Shown here: positions 23,129-36,822 of the stretch, in pieces
How positions within the stretch are numbered: position 1 is the first letter of the stretch
Layout: every line of letters begins with the position of its first letter
NCBI GenBank assembly: GCA_963747235.1
Contig: CAVVEU010000008.1
Coordinates: 608,001 to 672,000 of the forward strand
Length of the DNA stretch: 64,000 nucleotides
Source of the DNA: an uncultured Candidatus Rokubacteria bacterium
GTDB taxonomy: Bacteria > Methylomirabilota > Methylomirabilia > Rokubacteriales > CSP1-6
Direction of reading: 5' to 3'
The notes under the pieces: generated by a model
Database searches by the model: none
Told to the model about the DNA's origin: nothing
Seen by the model: the letters and a program-made list of their open reading frames with translations, nothing else
Position numbers and translations under genes: made by a program

Positions 23129-24856
23129 ATGTCCTGGAAACTCAAGAAGAAGGCTCAGGAGCTGGTCGCCTCGGAAGAGGGCGTGGTCCGCAAGGATTGG
23201 GGCGGACGCGTGACCATCGCGCTCGTGTACCCGAACACCTACGCGGTCGGCATGTCGAACCTGGGCTTCCAGACCATCTACAGCCATCTGAACGCGCTCC
23301 CGAACGTGGTGTGCGAGCGTGTCTTCTTCCCGGACCCCGAGGACGTGGACGAGTACGCTCGCACCGGGACCACGCCCTTCTCGCTCGAGTCCCACCGGCC
23401 GCTGACCGACTTCAACCTGGTCGGCTTCTCGATGACCTACGAGGGCGACTACATCAACGCGGTCCGGATGCTGCGGATGGCGGGGCTTCCCCTCCGCGCG
23501 GTCGATCGCGGCCCCGGCGACCCGGTCGTGATGATGGGCGGCGTGTGCGCCTTCTCCAATCCCGAGCCCATCGCCCCCTTCATGGACTTCGTGGTGGTCG
23601 GGGAAGGCGAGGAAGTGGTGGGCGAGATCGTCACGGCCTGGCTCCAGAGCGATCCGGGCGACGACGGGAGCCGCCGCCGCTTCATCGACCGGCTGAAGCC
23701 GCTGGCCGGCATCTACGTGCCCGACGCGTACCGGGTGGACTACGGGGCCGATGGGCTGATCGAGGCGGTCACGCCGCTCGCGGACGACGTGCCCGCGCTG
23801 GTGATCAAGCGCCGGCTGAAGGACGTCAATCGCTTCGAGACGCGCTCCTCGCTCAAGACGCCCAAGGCCGAGTACGGCCACATGGAGCTGCTGGAGGTCG
23901 GCAAGGGCTGCGGCCGCGGCTGCCGGTTCTGCCTGGAAGGCCAGGTCTACCGGCCGGTGCGGCACCGGAGCCTCGAATCCCTGCGCGAGTCGGTGGCGAA
24001 GATCGCGAAGGAGTCGAAGCGGGTCGGGCTCGTGGGCGCCTGCGTGTCCGACTATCCCTGGATCGGCGACCTCATGCGCCTGCTCGAGGAGGCCGGGGTC
24101 GAGGTGTCCATCTCCTCGCTCCGGGCCGACAGCCTGACCGAGGAGCTGGTGGCGTCGCTGCAGCGCGGCGGGCACCGGACCCTCACGATGGCGCCGGAGG
24201 CGGGCACCGAGCGGCTGCGCCGCGTCGTCCGCAAGGCCATCACCGACGAGCAGCTCTACGAGGCCTGCCACCTGCTCCGCCGTTACGGCATTCCGAACCT
24301 CAAGTGCTACTTCATGATCGGGCTGCCCACCGAGACCCGCGAGGACATCGAGGCGATCCCCGACCTGGCCGCGCGGCTGATCGAGCGGCTGCGGGCCCTG
24401 GGCCCCGACGGCCACTCCTTCGGCAAGCTGACGCTCTCGGTGTCCTCCTTCGTGCCCAAGCCGTGGACGCCGTTCCAGTGGGCGCCCTTCGACGATCCGC
24501 GGGCCCTCGAGGAGAAGCTCGACATCATCAAGCGGGCGGCCCGTCGGCTCGACACGATCCGGGTGGTCCACGAGAACCCGCGCGAGGCCGCGCTCCAGGC
24601 CCTGCTGGCCCGCGGCGACCGGCGGGTGGCCGACTTCGTGGAGCTGGCCGCGGGGCTCGACGGCGACTGGCGCCACGCCCTCCGCGAATGGGACGGCGAC
24701 CCCGCGTCCTTCACGCGGCGGCATCGCGAGCCGACCGAGATCATGCCCTGGGACCACTTCGACGTGGGGGTGAAGAAGGCCGGGCTCCTGCGCGAGTGGG
24801 AGCGGGCGCTCGAGCCCGCGGCGACCCCCGCGGGGCCCGCTGTCGCGACGGTCTAG
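23129..24856 (+). CDS. B12-binding-domain radical SAM protein (TIGR03960-like family)
   Basis: YPNTY.VGMSNLG, CGRGCRFC, APEAGTERLR, YFMIGLP.E and FVPKP.TPFQW motifs; ORF-caller start 23021 lies inside the repeat, while ATG 23129 follows TGgTAGACT. Confidence 0.8.
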   Translation: MSWKLKKKAQELVASEEGVVRKDWGGRVTIALVYPNTYAVGMSNLGFQTIYSHLNALPNVVCERVFFPDPEDVDEYARTGTTPFSLESHRPLTDFNLVGFSMTYEGDYINAVRMLRMAGLPLRAVDRGPGDPVVMMGGVCAFSNPEPIAPFMDFVVVGEGEEVVGEIVTAWLQSDPGDDGSRRRFIDRLKPLAGIYVPDAYRVDYGADGLIEAVTPLADDVPALVIKRRLKDVNRFETRSSLKTPKAEYGHMELLEVGKGCGRGCRFCLEGQVYRPVRHRSLESLRESVAKIAKESKRVGLVGACVSDYPWIGDLMRLLEEAGVEVSISSLRADSLTEELVASLQRGGHRTLTMAPEAGTERLRRVVRKAITDEQLYEACHLLRRYGIPNLKCYFMIGLPTETREDIEAIPDLAARLIERLRALGPDGHSFGKLTLSVSSFVPKPWTPFQWAPFDDPRALEEKLDIIKRAARRLDTIRVVHENPREAALQALLARGDRRVADFVELAAGLDGDWRHALREWDGDPASFTRRHREPTEIMPWDHFDVGVKKAGLLREWERALEPAATPAGPAVATV

Positions 24857-24860
24857 CGCC

Positions 24861-25166
24861 ATGCCGTCCTTCAAGGTCGCCAAGGCTACCGAGGTGCCGC
24901 CCGGGCAGGGGCTCGTGGTCCAGGCGGGGGCGAAGACCCTCGCGCTCTGGAACGTCGAGGGCGCCTACCACGCGATCGACAACACCTGCCCCCACCGCGG
25001 CGGCCCCATGGGCGAAGGGGATCTCGACGGCCGGCTCGCGATCTGCCCGTGGCACGGCTGGCGCTGGGACGTGACCACCGGGGCCAACGCCAACAACCCC
25101 GCGGTCAAGATCGGCTGCTTCCCGGCCGCGGTGGTGGACGGCGACGTGTACGTGGAGATGCCGTGA
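24861..25166 (+). CDS. Rieske (2Fe-2S) ferredoxin, NirD-like
   Basis: CPH...CPWH motifs, 101 aa. Confidence 0.9.
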   Translation: MPSFKVAKATEVPPGQGLVVQAGAKTLALWNVEGAYHAIDNTCPHRGGPMGEGDLDGRLAICPWHGWRWDVTTGANANNPAVKIGCFPAAVVDGDVYVEMP

Positions 25167-26183
25167 TCCGCGACGCGCTCGATCGCCCGCTGCGCAACCT
25201 GCGGCTCTCGGTCACCGACCGCTGCAACCTGCGCTGCCAGTACTGCATGCCCGAGGAGGAGTACGTCTGGCTGCCCCGGGACGACGTCCTGACCTTCGAG
25301 GAGATGGACCGGCTCGTGGACGTCTTCGCCGACCTGGGCGTGGACAAGGTGCGCCTCACCGGCGGCGAGCCGCTGCTCCGCCGCGACCTCGACCGCCTCG
25401 TGCGGCTGCTCGCGGCCAACCCGCGCATCCGGGACCTGGCCATGACCACGAACGGGGTGCTGCTCGCCGAGCAGGCGCCCGCGCTGCGCGCGGCGGGCCT
25501 CCATCGCGTCACGGTCAGCCTCGACACGCTGCGCGAGGACCGCTTCAAGGCGCTGACCCGGCGCGACACCCACGCCCGCGTGCTCGAGGGCATCGCGGCG
25601 GTGGGGAAGACGGGCTGGCCCGGACTGAAGCTCGACACCGTGGTCATGCGCGGGGTCAACGACGACGAGCTGGCCGACCTGATCGAGTACGGGGCGACCG
25701 TCTCCGCCGAGGTGCGCTTCATCGAGTACATGGACGTCGGCGGCGCCACCCACTGGAGCATGGAGCGCGTGGTGTCGCGCCAGGAGATGCTGACGCGTCT
25801 GACCGAGCGCTACGGGCCGATCGAGCCGATCGTGGAGGAGAGCTCGGCGCCCGCCGACCGCTTCCGCCTCTCCGACGGCCGCGTGTTCGGCATCATCTCG
25901 TCCACCACCGCGCCCTTCTGCCGCGCCTGCGACCGGAGCCGCCTCACCGCCGACGGTCTGTGGTATCTCTGCCTGTACGCCGCGCGCGGCACCGACCTGC
26001 GCAAGCCGCTGCGGGAACGGCGCCTCGCGCGAGGAGCTGCTGGCCCTCATCCGCTCCACCTGGCAGGGCCGCCGCGATCGCGGGGCGGAGGAGCGGCTGG
26101 CGACGCCCGACCGGAGCCCGCTCATGCAGATCGGCGAGCTCAAGCGCGATCCGCACCTCGAGATGCACACCCGCGGAGGGTAA
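25163..26183 (+). CDS. moaA: GTP 3',8-cyclase MoaA (apparent frameshift near 26015-26030)
   Basis: [44 protein letters not shown]; shifted frame ends MHTRGG. Confidence 0.92.
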
Positions 26184-26187
26184 GGCC

Positions 26188-26889
26188 GTGGACGAGCCCG
26201 GCGTGGACGTGCGGGAGAAGGGCGCCAACCAGCAGATCTCCGAGCGCCGGCTGTTCATGCAGCTCCAGGTCTGGACGGGCTGTCCCGACGGCAAGCCGCT
26301 GGTGGGGGCGATGGAGCGGAGCCGCATCGAGGGCGTGCTCTACCACGACGTCAACGATCCCGCCGGTGTGGCGCTGCTCGCCTTCCACGAGGATCCCGCC
26401 TTCTTCGCGAGCACGCTCCGCGGGCTGCTGGCCGCCGAGCCGTTCGCTTCGCTCCGGCATCGCCCCGAGCTGACCATGCTCGGCCGCACCTACGCGTCCG
26501 GCTTCGAGCCGGACCTCGAGGACTGGCTGCTCGCGCGCCCGCGCCGCACCGTGCTGAATCCGGCCTGGCCCTGGGGGATCTGGTACCCGCTGCGCCGGGG
26601 CGGCGCCTTCGCGCGGCTGACCCCGCAGGAGCAGGGGGCGATCCTCCGCGAGCACGGCACGATGGGCCGCGCCTACGGCGACGCGGACCTGGCCCACGAC
26701 GTGCGGCTCGCCTGCCACGGCCTGGACACGCACGACAACGACTTCGTGATCGGACTCGTCGGGCGCGAGCTCCACCCGCTGTCCCACCTGGTGCAGGCCA
26801 TGCGCCGGACCGCGCAGACTTCCCAGTACCTCCAGAGCCTGGGGCCCTTCTTCGTGGGCCATGCGCTCTGGCAGAGCCCGCTGCGGTGA
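26188..26889 (+). CDS. Chlorite dismutase / coproheme decarboxylase (ChdC/HemQ) superfamily heme protein
   Basis: WYPLRR, EHG.MGR.Y (proximal His), HGLD..D.DF, MR...TS.Y...GPFFVG. Confidence 0.75.
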   Translation: MDEPGVDVREKGANQQISERRLFMQLQVWTGCPDGKPLVGAMERSRIEGVLYHDVNDPAGVALLAFHEDPAFFASTLRGLLAAEPFASLRHRPELTMLGRTYASGFEPDLEDWLLARPRRTVLNPAWPWGIWYPLRRGGAFARLTPQEQGAILREHGTMGRAYGDADLAHDVRLACHGLDTHDNDFVIGLVGRELHPLSHLVQAMRRTAQTSQYLQSLGPFFVGHALWQSPLR

Positions 26890-27281
26890 GCCGGCGGGCC
26901 GTCACCGGGCGCGCGGGGCAGGCGCTGTGCGCGGCGCTCCTCGTGCTGGCCGCGCTCGTGCCCGCGGGGTGCGCGCCGCTGCCGCCCGCGCGGCAGGTCA
27001 CCGACCTCAACCTCATCGCGGGCCGCTGGCGCGGGCAGATCGTGTTCAGCCGGGGGTCGTACCAGCTCTTCTACCTGACGATCAACCCCGACGGCACCCT
27101 GATCGCGTCGTGGGACGGCGGGACGCGCTGGGGCAAGGTCACGCTCGAGGGCGGGCGCACGCGCTTCAGCTTCTACATCTGGAGCGGCAACCTGGACTAC
27201 CTCGAAGGCAACGGGGACCGCGTCATCCTCCTCAAGGAGGATTTCTCCCACTGGGACGCGATCGTCCGGCCGCTCACCTAG
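26886..27281 (+). CDS. Hypothetical lipoprotein
   Basis: Signal peptide with PAGC lipobox, beta-rich mature part, typical codon usage, overlaps the upstream stop. Confidence 0.65.
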   Translation: MSRRAVTGRAGQALCAALLVLAALVPAGCAPLPPARQVTDLNLIAGRWRGQIVFSRGSYQLFYLTINPDGTLIASWDGGTRWGKVTLEGGRTRFSFYIWSGNLDYLEGNGDRVILLKEDFSHWDAIVRPLT

Positions 27282-27771
27282 GGCGGCCGGCGGCCTCCCA
27301 CGCGGCCAGGTTGGCCTCGATCTGCCTGGCGTGGATCTCCAGATGCTCGGCATAGATCGTCAGCCAGTCCAGCGCGGTGTAGCGGCCCGACGCGGTGTGA
27401 CGTCCTTCTCGCGCCCAGGCCTCCTCGGGCAGGCGCCGCAGGACCACCAGGGTATTGGCGCGCACCGCCCGCACGGTGGCCAGCGCGACGTCCACCGGAT
27501 GCCCGTGATAGTCGAGCGCGACCGCCCAGACGTTCTCGTCGTAACCCAGGACCAGCGGCTCGGGCTCGCAGACCACGTAGCGGATGCGGGCGGCCCCATT
27601 GGTCTCCGAGTCCGCGCAGTGGCAGGCCACTTCGTGCGCCGACCACTCGCCGGGAGCCGGCCGCCACTTCCGCGCCTCGGCGGGGACGCGGGCCAGGGCG
27701 CCTTCGAGGCGCGCGGGGCCGTCGGCGTACTGCTGGATCAGTCGTTCTCGCTCGGATCGCGTGAGGCTCAT
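27274..27771 (-). CDS. DinB/YfiT family protein
   Basis: PGEWSAHEV..HCAD.E, YDEN.W and HLEIH..QI metal-binding His pattern. Confidence 0.85.
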   Translation of the reverse strand: MSLTRSERERLIQQYADGPARLEGALARVPAEARKWRPAPGEWSAHEVACHCADSETNGAARIRYVVCEPEPLVLGYDENVWAVALDYHGHPVDVALATVRAVRANTLVVLRRLPEEAWAREGRHTASGRYTALDWLTIYAEHLEIHARQIEANLAAWEAAGRPR

Positions 27772-27773
27772 CG

Positions 27774-28301
27774 ATGATCATCTCCTTCCGGATGCGGGTG
27801 ATGGGACGGGCGCTGGCCACCGCGGCCGTGGCCGGTATCCTCTTCACGGCCGCGGCCCACGCGCAGCCCGAGCGCGGCACCGCGCGGCTCGATCACGCGG
27901 GCGTGCAGGCCTTGCTCACGACCCTCGGCTACCATCCGCGCGAGGCGCGCAACGAGTCGGGACCCGAGTACGAGATCGTGCTGCGCCCGCCGGGCGGCCT
28001 CGCGGTCACCACCCGGGTGACCCTGTCCAAGGACGGCACGCTGGTCTGGCTCGTGGCCTGGCTCAAGAAGGTGCCGCCCGGCCGGACCATCAGCGGCAAC
28101 GCGATCCTCACCATGCTGACCGAGAACGACGCGATCGGTCCCACCCATTTCTCCTACAACGAGAGCCGGCGCTGGTTCTTCCTCAACAAGCCGGTGCCGA
28201 ATCAGGGGCTGACCGCGGAGCGCCTGCAGGCCGAGCTGCAGACGCTCGGGGCGACGATCGCGCGGACCGAGGCGCTCTGGGATTTCGACCGCTGGAAGTG
28301 A
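27774..28301 (+). CDS. Exported hypothetical protein, possibly YbjN/chaperone-like fold (start may be 27792 or later)
   Basis: Signal peptide ending AAHA, typical codon usage; ML..ND.IGP..F pattern is only a weak resemblance. Confidence 0.55.
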   Translation: MIISFRMRVMGRALATAAVAGILFTAAAHAQPERGTARLDHAGVQALLTTLGYHPREARNESGPEYEIVLRPPGGLAVTTRVTLSKDGTLVWLVAWLKKVPPGRTISGNAILTMLTENDAIGPTHFSYNESRRWFFLNKPVPNQGLTAERLQAELQTLGATIARTEALWDFDRWK

Positions 28302-28305
28302 CGCC

Positions 28306-29754
28306 TCAGGGCAGGGGCGCGGGCAGGTCCGAGCGCCCCATCAGGTAGCGGTCCACCCCGCGCGCGGCGCTCCGGCCCTCCGCGATGGCCCACACGATCA
28401 GCGACTGGCCGCGCTGCATGTCCCCCGCGGTGAACACGCCGGGCACGCTCGTCATCCAGTTCAGGTCGCGCTTGACGTTTCCGCGGTCGGTGAGGGTGAC
28501 GCCGAGCTGCTCGAGCAGGCCCGGCCGCTCGGGGCCCACGAAGCCCATCGCCAGCAGCACCAGCTCGCACGGCAGGACGAACGTCGAATCCGGGACGTTC
28601 CGGAACACCACGCGCCCCTCTTCGCGCACCGGCTCCACGCGCGCCACCTCGAGGGCCTTCACGCGCCCGCGCTCGTCGCCGACGAAGCGGGTGGTGGACA
28701 CCGAGTAGACGCGCTCGCCGCCCTCCGCGTGGGCCGAGGAGACGCGGTAGATGTTCGGCCACTGCGGCCACGGGTTGTCGGCCGCGCGCGTCTCCGGCGG
28801 GCGCGGCAGGATCTCGAGCTGGTGGACGTCCAGGGCGCCTTGACGATGCGTGGTCCCCAGGCAGTCGGCCCCGGTGTCGCCGCCGCCGATGATCACCACG
28901 CGCTTGCCCTGGGCGCTGATGAAGGCCTCGTCGGGCACCACGTCGCCCTCGCAGCGCCGGTTCTGCGGCGTGAGGTAGTCCATCGCGAAGTGCACGCCGC
29001 CCAGCTCCCGCCCGGGAATCGGCAGGTCCCGCGGGGCGCAGGCGCCACCGCAGAGCACGAGGGCGTCGAACTCGCGCCGTAGCGCCTCCACCGGCCGATC
29101 CACGCCCACGTGCGCGCCGACCACGAAGCGCACGCCCTCCGCCTCCATCTGGGCGAGCCGCCGGTCCAGCACGCGCTTCTCCATCTTGAACTCGGGGATG
29201 CCGTAGCGGAGCAGCCCGCCGATCCGGTCCGCACGCTCGAAGACGGTGACCTGGTGTCCGGCCCGCGCGAGCTGCTGGGCGGCCGCGAGGCCGGCGGGGC
29301 CGGAGCCGATCACCGCGACCGTCTTGCCGGTCAGGCTCGCGGGCGGCTCGGGCGCGATCCAGCCTTCCTCGAACGCGCGGTCGATGATCGCGAGCTCGAC
29401 CGCCTTGATCGTCACCGCGTCGTCGTTGATGCCGAGCACGCAGGAGCCCTCGCAGGGCGCCGGGCAGAGCGTGCCGGTGAACTCCGGGAAGTTGTTGGTG
29501 GCGTGCAGGCGGTCGATGGCCTCGCGCCACTTGTCCCGGTAGACGAGATCGTTCCAGTCCGGGATCAGGTTGCCGAGCGGGCAGCCCTGGTGGCAGAAGG
29601 GGATGCCGCAGTCCATGCAGCGCGCGCCCTGCTTGCGCAGGCCGTCGACCGGCCACGGCAGCATGACCTGCCGCCAGTCGTGCGTGCGCTCCTCGACCGG
29701 CCGGTACGGCTGCTTGTCGCGCTTCCACTCGATGAATCCGGTGACCTTGCCCAT
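28306..29754 (-). CDS. gltD: Glutamate synthase small subunit
   Basis: [40 protein letters not shown] and [10 protein letters not shown] motifs. Confidence 0.96.
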   Translation of the reverse strand: MGKVTGFIEWKRDKQPYRPVEERTHDWRQVMLPWPVDGLRKQGARCMDCGIPFCHQGCPLGNLIPDWNDLVYRDKWREAIDRLHATNNFPEFTGTLCPAPCEGSCVLGINDDAVTIKAVELAIIDRAFEEGWIAPEPPASLTGKTVAVIGSGPAGLAAAQQLARAGHQVTVFERADRIGGLLRYGIPEFKMEKRVLDRRLAQMEAEGVRFVVGAHVGVDRPVEALRREFDALVLCGGACAPRDLPIPGRELGGVHFAMDYLTPQNRRCEGDVVPDEAFISAQGKRVVIIGGGDTGADCLGTTHRQGALDVHQLEILPRPPETRAADNPWPQWPNIYRVSSAHAEGGERVYSVSTTRFVGDERGRVKALEVARVEPVREEGRVVFRNVPDSTFVLPCELVLLAMGFVGPERPGLLEQLGVTLTDRGNVKRDLNWMTSVPGVFTAGDMQRGQSLIVWAIAEGRSAARGVDRYLMGRSDLPAPLP

Positions 29755-29771
29755 GGCGGAGTCCGGACGCT

Positions 29772-34391
<4,620 letters not shown>

Positions 34392-34518
34392 GTCTTCTCT
34401 CTCCACCCCGCGTCCTCGCCGGGGCCCCGAGCGGTGAGTGCTGCGCCGCGGCCAAACTTGTCCCGTGAGACTACACGGAAGCGGATCATTAGCCAAGCGC
34501 GAAGTGAAAAAACACGGC

Positions 34519-34533
34519 ATTAGCGCTGCTAAT
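34519..34533. promoter_or_regulatory. LysR-type operator ATTAGC-N3-GCTAAT (T-N11-A) in the gltB/lysR divergent region
   Basis: Perfect 6-bp-arm palindrome just upstream of the lysR extended -10 (TGgTAAATT 34536-34544). Confidence 0.65.
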
Positions 34534-34551
34534 AGTGGTAAATTGCCGGCC

Positions 34552-35445
34552 GTGAACCTCGAGACGCTCAAGCTCTACTGCGACGTGGTCCGCCTCCGCA
34601 GCTTCTCGCGCGGGGCGGCCACCAACGCGGTCTCCCAGTCCGCGGCGAGCCAGGCGATCCAGCAGCTCGAGGCCGAGCTCGACGCGGCGCTGCTCGACCG
34701 CTCGCGGCGCCCGCTGCTGCCCACCGAGCAGGGCCAGGCCTTCTACGATGCCTGCCGCGCCCTCCTGCAGGGCTTCGAGAAGGCGCGCGCCGACCTCGCG
34801 GCCGCGCGCGAGCGGGTGGAGGGCACGGTCCGGGTCGCCGCGATCTACTCGGTCGGCCTGCACGACATGAGCCGCCACATGCAGCCCTTCATGTCGGACT
34901 ACCCGCAGGCGCGGGTGCTGCTCGAATGCCTGCATCCCCACAAGGTGGTGGAGGCGGTGCTCAACGACGAGGCCGACCTCGGCATCCTGTCGTACCCCGC
35001 GGCCACCCGCGCGCTGACCGTGCTGCCCCTGCGCGACGAGCCCATGGTCCTGGTCGCGCACCCGGCGCATCGCCTGGCCCGCCGCCGCTCGGTGACCCCG
35101 GGCGACCTGCAGGGCGAGAAGTTCGTGGCCTTCGATCGCGACCTGGCGGTGCGCAAGGCGATCGACCGCGCGCTCAAGCAGCACGACGTCAAGGTCGAGG
35201 TGGTGATGGAGTTCGACAACGTGGAGACGATCAAGCAGGCGATCGGGATCAACGCGGGCATCAGCATCCTGCCGCGCCCCACCGTGCTCAACGAATCCGG
35301 GATGCGCACGCTGGCGGTCACCCCGCTCGCGCTGCCCGGGCTGGTGCGGCCGGTCGGGATCATCCACCGTCGCGGCCGGCGGCTCACGCCGGTGGTGGCG
35401 CGCTTCATCGCGCAGCTCCAGAAGCCCGTCGACCCGGCCTCGTGA
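34552..35445 (+). CDS. LysR family regulator divergent from gltBD (GltC-like role inferred)
   Basis: N-terminal HTH SFSRGA...VSQSAASQAIQQLE; LysR substrate-binding domain. Confidence 0.9.
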   Translation: MNLETLKLYCDVVRLRSFSRGAATNAVSQSAASQAIQQLEAELDAALLDRSRRPLLPTEQGQAFYDACRALLQGFEKARADLAAARERVEGTVRVAAIYSVGLHDMSRHMQPFMSDYPQARVLLECLHPHKVVEAVLNDEADLGILSYPAATRALTVLPLRDEPMVLVAHPAHRLARRRSVTPGDLQGEKFVAFDRDLAVRKAIDRALKQHDVKVEVVMEFDNVETIKQAIGINAGISILPRPTVLNESGMRTLAVTPLALPGLVRPVGIIHRRGRRLTPVVARFIAQLQKPVDPAS

Positions 35446-35489
35446 TACCCCAGCCTCGTGATAACGTAGTCCCCGAAAGGAGCCGTCGC

Positions 35490-36620
35490 ATGAGCGATGC
35501 CCCCGCGTCCCTGATCATCGCGGCCAGCGAGGCCGACTCGAACCTCTACTACGCGTGCCGCTTCCTGGCGCCGGATTCCTTCGTCTTCCTCCAGGTGGAC
35601 GGGCGGAAGATCCTGCTCATGTCCGACCTCGAGGTGGATCGGGCCCGATCCCAGGCGAGCGTGGACGAGGTGCTCTCGCTCTCCGAATGGGACGCCAAGG
35701 CGCGCCAGCGGTGGTCTTCGCCCAAGCTCACCGACATCGTGAGCCTGCTGCTCGAGGACTACGGGGCCAAGGCGGTCGAGGTCCCCGGCGACTTCCCGCT
35801 CGAGCTGGCCGACCGGCTGCGCGAGCGGGGCATCACCGTGACGCCGCGACCGAGCCCGTTCCTGCCCGAGCGGGTGGTGAAGACCTCGGAGGAAGTGGCG
35901 GCCATCGAGGAGGCCCAGCGGCACACCGAGACCGCGCTGGAAGCGGCGCTCCAGATGCTGCGCGAGAGCGTCATCAAGGGCGACCAGGTGCTCTACAAGG
36001 GTCGGCCGCTCACGTCCGAGGATCTCAAGAAGACGGTCAACGTCTCCCTGATGGAGAACGACTGCATCGCGGAGCACACGATCATCGCCTGCGGCGACCA
36101 GGGCGTGGATCCCCACAACCAGGGCACCGGGGCCATCCGGCCCAACCAGGGGATCATCTTCGACATCTTCCCCCGTTCCTCCAGGTCCCGCTACTACGCC
36201 GACATGACCCGGACGGTCGTCAAGGGCAAGGCGTCGGACGAGCTGCGCCGTCTGTACGACGCGGTGCTGGCCAGCCAGATGCGCGGGATCGAGCTGATCC
36301 GCGACGGGGCCTCGGGCGGCGCGATCCACACCGAGGTCAACCGGACGCTCGAGAGCCGGGGCTACATGACCGGGGTGGTCAATGGCCGGAACCAGGGATT
36401 CTTCCACGGGACGGGCCACGGCGTGGGCCTCGACATCCACGAGCTGCCGCGGATCAGCCGGCTGGACTACGAGCTCAAGACCGGGCACGTGGTGACGGTG
36501 GAGCCGGGGCTGTACTACCCCGGGAAGGGGGCCGTCCGGATCGAGGACATGGTCCTGGTCGAGCCCGGAGGCTGCCGGAATCTCACCCGGTCCCCCAAGA
36601 TGGAGCTGCTCGAGCTCTAG
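35490..36620 (+). CDS. Xaa-Pro aminopeptidase (M24 family)
   Basis: DPH, FDIFP, YYADMTRT, HGTGHGVGLDIHE, TVEPGLY and RIED motifs. Confidence 0.9.
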   Translation: MSDAPASLIIAASEADSNLYYACRFLAPDSFVFLQVDGRKILLMSDLEVDRARSQASVDEVLSLSEWDAKARQRWSSPKLTDIVSLLLEDYGAKAVEVPGDFPLELADRLRERGITVTPRPSPFLPERVVKTSEEVAAIEEAQRHTETALEAALQMLRESVIKGDQVLYKGRPLTSEDLKKTVNVSLMENDCIAEHTIIACGDQGVDPHNQGTGAIRPNQGIIFDIFPRSSRSRYYADMTRTVVKGKASDELRRLYDAVLASQMRGIELIRDGASGGAIHTEVNRTLESRGYMTGVVNGRNQGFFHGTGHGVGLDIHELPRISRLDYELKTGHVVTVEPGLYYPGKGAVRIEDMVLVEPGGCRNLTRSPKMELLEL

Positions 36621-36676
36621 GTCCCCAGGGACGGGCCTCGGGCGCCACTGGTCTGGCGGTCCGACCGAAGTCAACC

Positions 36677-36705
36677 TTGCTTCTATTCAGACGTTTGGGT
36701 AGCAT
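36677..36705 (+). promoter_or_regulatory. Candidate promoter TTGCTT-N17-TAGCAT for korAB
   Basis: Hexamers at 36677-36682 and 36700-36705 in an AT-rich gap. Confidence 0.55.
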
Positions 36706-36822
36706 GACCTAGGAGTGTCACGCGTCTGATCGTTGTTCCCAAGACTTAGGGTGACCAGAGCCACTCCGCCTGGAATCTGCCGTTGAAAGGGGCACGCCCC
36801 TGGACGGAAAGGATATGGACCG

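Noticed and set aside
35433-35464. 16-bp imperfect tandem duplication at the lysR stop (GCCTCGTGATA twice)
   Set aside because: Single local duplication with no element between the copies; cannot support an att site or other function.
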